A stretch of 64,000 nt of DNA from positions 8,638 through 72,637 of the forward strand of contig JADFQJ010000008.1 in NCBI GenBank assembly GCA_022561875.1. The letters run 5' to 3'. The position numbers and the translations under genes were made by a program. Position 1 is the stretch's first letter. Each line of letters begins with the position of its first letter. The notes beneath the pieces are model-generated. The model worked only from the letters and a program-made list of their open reading frames with translations. It was not told the DNA's origin and searched no databases. The DNA is from Bacteroidota bacterium (lineage in GTDB: Bacteria > Bacteroidota > Bacteroidia > Bacteroidales > VadinHA17). Shown here piece after piece: positions 59,253-64,000 of the stretch.

Positions 59253-60488
59253 ATGAGTGATGTTCAGAAAATTAAACGGAGATTTGGAATTGTTGGAAAT
59301 TATTCAGATCTGAACAGGGCAATTGGCATTGCTTTACAGGTAGCGTCAACCGATCTGTCGGTGTTGATTACCGGCGAAAGTGGTACCGGCAAAGAAGTAT
59401 TCCCGCAGATCATACACCAGTTCAGTTCAAGGAAACACGGACAATATATAGCTGTAAATTGTGGCGCCATTCCTGAAGGAACGATTGACTCTGAGTTATT
59501 CGGGCATGAAAAAGGGGCGTTTACCGGGGCAATAGATAGCCGGAAAGGTTACTTTGAAGTTGCCAACAGGGGGACTATTTTTCTTGATGAAATTTCTGAA
59601 TTACCACAAGCCACACAGGTAAGATTGTTAAGAGTGCTCGAGAGCGGTGAGTTTATCAGGGTTGGTTTATCAAAAGTACAAAAAACAGATGTCCGGGTTA
59701 TTGCTGCCACAAATGTTAATATTATCCAGGCTATCCAGGAGGGAAAATTCAGGGAAGACCTGTACTACCGCCTTAATACTGTGCCTATAAATATACCTCC
59801 TTTAAGAAGCCGGAGAGAAGATATCCATCTGCTTTTCAGAAAATTTGCTACTGATTTTGCCGAAAAATACCGAATGCCGGCTATCTGGTTAACAGATGAA
59901 GCGTTGAATATTCTTATTAATTATTCCTGGCATGGCAATATAAGGCAGTTAAAAAATATCACGGAACAGATATCTGTTATCGAACGAGACAGGGAAATTG
60001 ATGAGGAAACACTGAAAGGCTATTTGCCAGGTTATCATGGAGAAAAACTTCCTGCAATCATAAAGAGGGAGGAGCGAAAAATTTTCTCTTCCGAACGGGA
60101 GATACTGTATAAAATCCTTTTCGATATGAAGAATGATATGAATGATCTGAAAAAACTGGTTATAGAGATAATGGAGAAGGGGGATGGTAAAATTGACATT
60201 AGCGAAGGTAACGAATATCTGGTGCAAAAACTGTATCATAGCGTTGATTCGGCAAGCAGGGAAATAACTTATCAACCCAGGGAGATGAAAAAGAAAAGGG
60301 AAGAGGCAGATATTCAGGACACTGAAGAAGTGGTCGAGGAATCATTTTCTCTGGTTGATAAAGAAATTGAATTGATCAGTAAAGCCCTGGACAAGCATAA
60401 TGGAAAAAGGAAACGGGCAGCAAAAGAGCTCGGAATTTCTGAACGAACACTTTACCGGAAAATAAAAGAGTACGACATTGAGAATTAA
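59253..60488 (+). CDS. Sigma-54-dependent transcriptional activator (AAA+ plus Fis-type HTH, no N-terminal sensor/receiver domain)
   Basis: Walker A GESGTGKE within ~45 aa of the N-terminus, a GAFTGA loop, an RVIAATN block, and a C-terminal HTH AAKELGISERTLYRKIKEY. Confidence 0.88.
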   Translation: MSDVQKIKRRFGIVGNYSDLNRAIGIALQVASTDLSVLITGESGTGKEVFPQIIHQFSSRKHGQYIAVNCGAIPEGTIDSELFGHEKGAFTGAIDSRKGYFEVANRGTIFLDEISELPQATQVRLLRVLESGEFIRVGLSKVQKTDVRVIAATNVNIIQAIQEGKFREDLYYRLNTVPINIPPLRSRREDIHLLFRKFATDFAEKYRMPAIWLTDEALNILINYSWHGNIRQLKNITEQISVIERDREIDEETLKGYLPGYHGEKLPAIIKREERKIFSSEREILYKILFDMKNDMNDLKKLVIEIMEKGDGKIDISEGNEYLVQKLYHSVDSASREITYQPREMKKKREEADIQDTEEVVEESFSLVDKEIELISKALDKHNGKRKRAAKELGISERTLYRKIKEYDIEN

Positions 60489-60499
60489 AGCACAAAACA

Positions 60500-61018
60500 A
60501 TGAAATATTTCATATATATAACACTGTTTTTTTTTGGGGTCTTACTCCAGGGATGTAAGATAAACTACTCATTTTCCGGAGCCAATATTTCACCGGAAAT
60601 AAATACAGTGTCGGTTCAGTATTTCCCAAACAGGGTAACCCCGGGAAACGGTTTTGTAAATCCGGATTTCAGTCAGGTTTTTACTGATGCTTTAAAAGAT
60701 AAGATCAAAGAACAGACCAGGCTCAATTTTGGTGAAGATTTTGGGGATGTGAATTTCGAAGGGGAAATAACAATGTATAAAACTGCCCCCCTTGCAGTTA
60801 CAGGACGGGAAATTGCCGAATTAAACAGGTTTACTATTACAGTGCGGGTAAAGTATACTAATACCTTTAATCCTGATGAAAGCTTTGATACAAAATTCTC
60901 AAGATATGAAGATTATGAAAGTTCAAAGGATCTGCAGTCTGTGGAGCAGGACCTTTCAGAAAAAATACTTGAACAACTGACAGAAGATATTTTTAACCAG
61001 GCATTTGTAAATTGGTAG
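60500..61018 (+). CDS. lptE: LptE-like lipoprotein
   Basis: 172 aa with lipobox LLQGC. Its position directly after the sigma-54 activator is the usual Bacteroidota arrangement for LptE-family proteins. The assignment rests on synteny and size. Confidence 0.6.
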   Translation: MKYFIYITLFFFGVLLQGCKINYSFSGANISPEINTVSVQYFPNRVTPGNGFVNPDFSQVFTDALKDKIKEQTRLNFGEDFGDVNFEGEITMYKTAPLAVTGREIAELNRFTITVRVKYTNTFNPDESFDTKFSRYEDYESSKDLQSVEQDLSEKILEQLTEDIFNQAFVNW

Positions 61019-61098
61019 AAATATAATTATTACCTTTATATTTTGTCTTTATGAATTACGGTAACATATGTATTTGTTAAGTATTAGTAAATTAATCT

Positions 61099-62196
61099 AT
61101 GAACAGGGATGAATTCCTGAAATATTTAGAGCACCCCGGACAACTTGACAAGAGAAGTATTCTGGAAATACATGAACTTCTTAATGAATTTCCCTATTTC
61201 CAGACTGCACATATGATGTTGTTGAAAAATCTTTATATCCTTGGGAATATTAAATTTGACAGGCAGTTAAGAAAGTCAGCAGCTTATATAGGCGACAGAA
61301 GTGTGCTTTATTATCTTTTGCATCAGCCGGGGATTAACGGGGAGGACAAACCCAAAGAAAGTGAACCTGACCAAAAAACTGAAAGACCGGTAACAGAAAA
61401 ACCGAAAGATAAAATCACGAAGAAAAAGGAACCTGAAATTAAGGTTGAAAAAGAGAAAGCTGAACGGGATAAGAAACAGGAAAAAGAAGTCCTGGCTGAC
61501 GTGATTCTAAAGAGGATTGAAGAAATTAAGCAGAGACGGGATGCATATAAAGCCGGGAAGCTTTATACTTCAAAAACAGCTTCCCTTGAAAAGCAAGCGA
61601 GTACAGGTGAAAGGAGCGTTGCTGATGAAATCCTGAAGGAATTAGCAGAAAAGAAGTCTGGTGAAGCCAAAAGTGCGGATGCTAAGGAATATGTAAAAAA
61701 AACAGCGAAAAAAAAAACGGAAGATCAAAAAAAAGAGGGAAAAGAAAGCCAGATCCTGGAAATAGGGAATGAGAATGAGGTTATCGAAGATAATATCGGA
61801 CAAACGGAACAAGGAGATCAGGGTGAACTGAAAGAAATGGCAGGCAGTGATGAATTACTTGAGTTGGAAGAGGAAAGCATGCCGGAGAATTTTCAGGATA
61901 CACCTGACGAAAAAATAGCAAACGATGAACTTATCAACAAGTTCATTGAAAACAGCCCTCGTATTTTACCCCAAAAGGAAAATATCCCGGATGAGGAACA
62001 AACAGATATTTCAGAATCGAGTGTAGAAGAGAATGAAGGTTTTATTACCGAAACCCTTGCAAAAATATATATCAACCAGGGTTATTATTCGAAAGCTATT
62101 TTTGCTTATGAGAAATTAGGTTTGAAATTTCCGGAAAAAAGTAGTTACTTTGCAATTCAAATTGGAAAAATAAAGAAATTAATTAACGAACTATAA
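61099..62196 (+). CDS. K/E-rich protein with C-terminal TPR-like helix pair
   Basis: 365 aa with a central low-complexity K/E region and a C-terminal [24 protein letters not shown]-like motif. Confidence 0.65.
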   Translation: MNRDEFLKYLEHPGQLDKRSILEIHELLNEFPYFQTAHMMLLKNLYILGNIKFDRQLRKSAAYIGDRSVLYYLLHQPGINGEDKPKESEPDQKTERPVTEKPKDKITKKKEPEIKVEKEKAERDKKQEKEVLADVILKRIEEIKQRRDAYKAGKLYTSKTASLEKQASTGERSVADEILKELAEKKSGEAKSADAKEYVKKTAKKKTEDQKKEGKESQILEIGNENEVIEDNIGQTEQGDQGELKEMAGSDELLELEEESMPENFQDTPDEKIANDELINKFIENSPRILPQKENIPDEEQTDISESSVEENEGFITETLAKIYINQGYYSKAIFAYEKLGLKFPEKSSYFAIQIGKIKKLINEL

Positions 62197-62406
62197 ATCA
62201 TTTAAAAATGGGTCAATAGTTTTAATCAGTTCAAAATCACAAAAAACCAATAAATAAAAAGTCCAAAAAATTAGTGATAAAGTTATAATTCTTGTAATAT
62301 TTAAAGCTAAATTAGAAACTTCTAATTTTTCACTACTCTTATCAAATAAAGAAACTGTTCCTAATAATTGCATACAAATAACAACTATTAAATAAATTTT
62401 TAACAT
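62191..62406 (-). CDS. Small hydrophobic protein (71 aa, about two TM segments), hypothetical
   Basis: I prefer the start ATG 62406 ([16 protein letters not shown]...) within the 88-aa track ORF. Its stop overlaps the 3' end of the convergent 61099..62196 gene by 6 nt. It lies in the AT-rich terminal segment. Confidence 0.3.
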   Translation of the reverse strand: MLKIYLIVVICMQLLGTVSLFDKSSEKLEVSNLALNITRIITLSLIFWTFYLLVFCDFELIKTIDPFLNDL

Positions 62407-62619
62407 AATTTTATTCAGTAGTATTCTTATCCTTAGCATCATTATCATTAACATCATTATCCTTATCTTGTTGAACTAAATAATGCTCACCAAGATGATC
62501 TTCAGAAGGATCATTAGAATCATTATTATATATTTTTATAAGATTTTCATAATCTTCTACTAAAGCTTTATAGTTTTTTACAAACAATTTTAAACATAAA
62601 TCAACCCTCTAAACTCATA

Positions 62620-62713
62620 AGAGCGGTTCGAACAACGTCCGACTGGGGGAGTTTTTGACTAAAGAGCGAGGTAATACCTCGCTTTTTGGGTTTATGGTAA
62701 AGTGGCATTGACA
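62620..62713 (+). repeat. Copy A of a duplicated ~95-nt element (conserved 5' part, terminator hairpin, GCATTGACAAAAT box)
   Basis: agagcggttcgaacaacgtccgactgggggagtttttgactaaagagcgaggtaatacctcgctttttgggtt...gcattgacaaaat. Copy B at 63116-63208 is near-identical. The hairpin is GCGAGG (62666-62671) / CCTCGC (62677-62682) plus T5. Confidence 0.85.
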
Positions 62714-62736
62714 AAATAGACTTTATATTATATAAT
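62708..62736 (+). promoter_or_regulatory. Consensus sigma-70/SigA-type promoter (TTGACA-N17-TATAAT)
   Basis: TTGACA at 62708-62713, exactly 17 nt, then TATAAT at 62731-62736. Downstream, AGGAGG (62766-62771) lies 5 nt before ATG 62777. Confidence 0.6.
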
Positions 62737-62776
62737 AATAAAGGTAAAAAATAGTTCTTGCAAAAAGGAGGAAAAA

Positions 62777-63064
62777 ATGTCATTGGACAATAAAAGACAG
62801 ATAATAGTTTTTGGAATTTTTGGATTTATGCTTGGAATTATAATCAGCGAACTAATCTTGATCAGTGTTTATGGCAGCAGTGAAATACTACCAGGTATAG
62901 TAGGCGTAAGTATACTAGCAGTACCTTTAACAATTGCCATCCTTTCCAACAGTAAGAGTAGAAAAATAACGACTGTTTCTTTAGCGATTTTTTTAGTTAT
63001 TTATACTATTCCTATTTTTATTACTATGGGATATTTACTTTATAGCATCCTAAACCAGGCTTAA
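62777..63064 (+). CDS. Small integral membrane protein (95 aa, three predicted TM segments), hypothetical
   Basis: A perfect AGGAGG ribosome site, its own promoter and its own terminator. The product is hydrophobic (IIVFGIFGFMLGIIISELILI.., GVSILAVPLTIAIL, SLAIFLVIYTIPIFITMGYLLY). Confidence 0.6.
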   Translation: MSLDNKRQIIVFGIFGFMLGIIISELILISVYGSSEILPGIVGVSILAVPLTIAILSNSKSRKITTVSLAIFLVIYTIPIFITMGYLLYSILNQA

Positions 63065-63078
63065 ATGCCTGGTTTTTT
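63055..63078 (+). terminator. Rho-independent terminator overlapping the stop codon of the 95-aa ORF
   Basis: CCAGGC (63055-63060) pairs with GCCTGG (63067-63072) around loop ttaaat, followed by T6. Confidence 0.7.
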
Positions 63079-63115
63079 CTTAAAAAATTAGATATAAGTT
63101 ATTTTTATTCCTACC

Positions 63116-63208
63116 AGAGCGGTTCGAACAACGTCCGATTAGGGGGAGTTTTTGACTAAAAGGCGAGGTAATCCCTCGCTTTTTGGGTTAAAGAAAGTTG
63201 CATTGACA
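63116..63208 (+). repeat. Copy B of the duplicated ~95-nt element
   Basis: agagcggttcgaacaacgtccgattagggggagtttttgactaaaaggcgaggtaatccctcgctttttgggtt...gcattgacaaaat. It is followed by TGcTATATT (63228-63236), AGGAGG (63266-63271) and ATG 63278. Confidence 0.85.
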
Positions 63209-63277
63209 AAATTCTAAAATTGTGTCATGCTATATTTAGTTTATTTGATAATAAACCTTAACAAGAGGAGGTTGACC

Positions 63278-64000
63278 ATGAAAAAAGAAATATCGATTAT
63301 AAGGTTTAAAAATAACCCGCTATTGCAGCCAAACCCAGAGAGTAGCTGGATGAACAAAAATATATTTAATTGTGGAGTTATAATTGATGAAGACGGCTTA
63401 TATAAAATGCTATTTCGCGGTGCTTCCACAGAAGATCAATCAATGTCTAGTTGCGGACTAGCTTTAAGTACGGAAGGGATAGAGTGGTATCCAATAGATA
63501 AACCAGTATTGAAGTCTGGATTTAACGACCATTGTATAAGAGGAATTGAAGATCCGCGAATTGTAAAATGGATTGATGGGTGGAAATATATTTTTGCCAC
63601 TGCCTCTTCATCCGCAGGCGGAAGAGTAGGTATCTGGAAGACGAAAAATTTTTTTGAATATGAATGGGTTGGTATCCCCTTTGACCAAGAGGATAAAGAC
63701 GCGTCTATTTTTCCAGAGCCGATTAATGGTTGGGTATATCTGATTCACCGAAAGGCTCCCCATATCTGGATTTCTCGGACAAAAGATTTAACACTAAGGA
63801 GCGGTTGGCAGGATAGCCAGATTTTGATCAATAGAGATCAATTTTATCGACACCCCGAACACAATGTTCTTCCCAGAAAGATAGGCATTGCCGGACCACC
63901 AATAAAAACCCCCGAGGGCTGGCTGTTAATTACGCATATTGTTCATCAATGGGACAAGAAAAAAACAAGATATTCTTATCTTCTTAACAGGTTATATTCA
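63278..64000 (+). CDS. GH130-like / DUF377-type beta-propeller glycosidase-phosphorylase homologue (3' end outside window)
   Basis: This ORF is not in the ORF track because it runs off the window. The frame is open from ATG 63278 to 64000 (241 codons). MKKEISIIRFKNNPLLQPNPESSWMNKNIFNCGVI...GLALSTEGIEWY...GIEDPRIVKWIDGWKYIFATA resembles the N-terminal blades of GH130/DUF377 proteins. Confidence 0.55.
   Translation, partial: MKKEISIIRFKNNPLLQPNPESSWMNKNIFNCGVIIDEDGLYKMLFRGASTEDQSMSSCGLALSTEGIEWYPIDKPVLKSGFNDHCIRGIEDPRIVKWIDGWKYIFATASSSAGGRVGIWKTKNFFEYEWVGIPFDQEDKDASIFPEPINGWVYLIHRKAPHIWISRTKDLTLRSGWQDSQILINRDQFYRHPEHNVLPRKIGIAGPPIKTPEGWLLITHIVHQWDKKKTRYSYLLNRLYS

Noticed and set aside
62620-62645. 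GGTTCGAA in the duplicated element as a tRNA T-loop or partial tRNA (a possible integration att site).
   Set aside because: The flanking bases cannot form a T-stem or an acceptor stem, and no cloverleaf can be drawn. No integrase gene is visible.
62601-62783. Minus-strand 60-aa ORF covering repeat copy A.
   Set aside because: It spans the terminator hairpin, the TTGACA/TATAAT promoter and the ribosome-binding site of the plus-strand gene. A regulatory reading explains the sequence better.
62620-63208. Direct repeats flanking the 95-aa ORF as integron attC sites or gene cassette boundaries.
   Set aside because: The repeats have no RYYYAAC...GTTRRRY core pair. They carry a promoter and terminator instead of the imperfect attC palindrome. 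No intI gene is present.

Overview
This window looks like a Bacteroidota chromosome segment. The evidence is a fused LpxC/FabZ, a SusC/SusD locus, the T9SS translocon SprA, a T9SS-tailed cargo protein, TAnnTTTG-type promoter boxes, and almost no Shine-Dalgarno sites. Bases 1-62196 are mostly housekeeping genes: dxr-rseP, tatA, pepA, pdxA, maeB, ruvA-sprA, gcvH, rimP-nusA-infB, lpxD-lpxC/fabZ-lpxA, thiL, sufBCDSE-sufT, queG, kdsB and a sigma-54 activator-lptE trio. Two accessory modules sit among them. One is an ECF-sigma/FecR/SusC/SusD/IPT-TIG utilization locus with no visible CAZyme. The other is an ECF sigma, an anti-sigma::TonB_C fusion and a divergent VIT-vWA-TonB_C protein. I found no rRNA, tRNA or CRISPR. 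Three signals stand out. (1) At least 13 intergenic sites are filled by mosaic, purine-rich, C-poor modules of 7-8 nt tandem repeats. These modules draw on one shared set of motifs ('words'), usually start at or inside stop codons, and follow the sense strand of the upstream gene. (2) A plus-strand intrinsic terminator and TAnnTTTG box lie in the fecR-susC spacer, which suggests a DonS-like antisense sRNA. (3) The expression signals change abruptly after about 62.2 kb to consensus TTGACA/TATAAT promoters, AGGAGG ribosome sites and a duplicated terminator-promoter cassette. This points to foreign DNA or a chimeric contig end. All calls rest on reading the sequence and ORF translations only. No searches were run.
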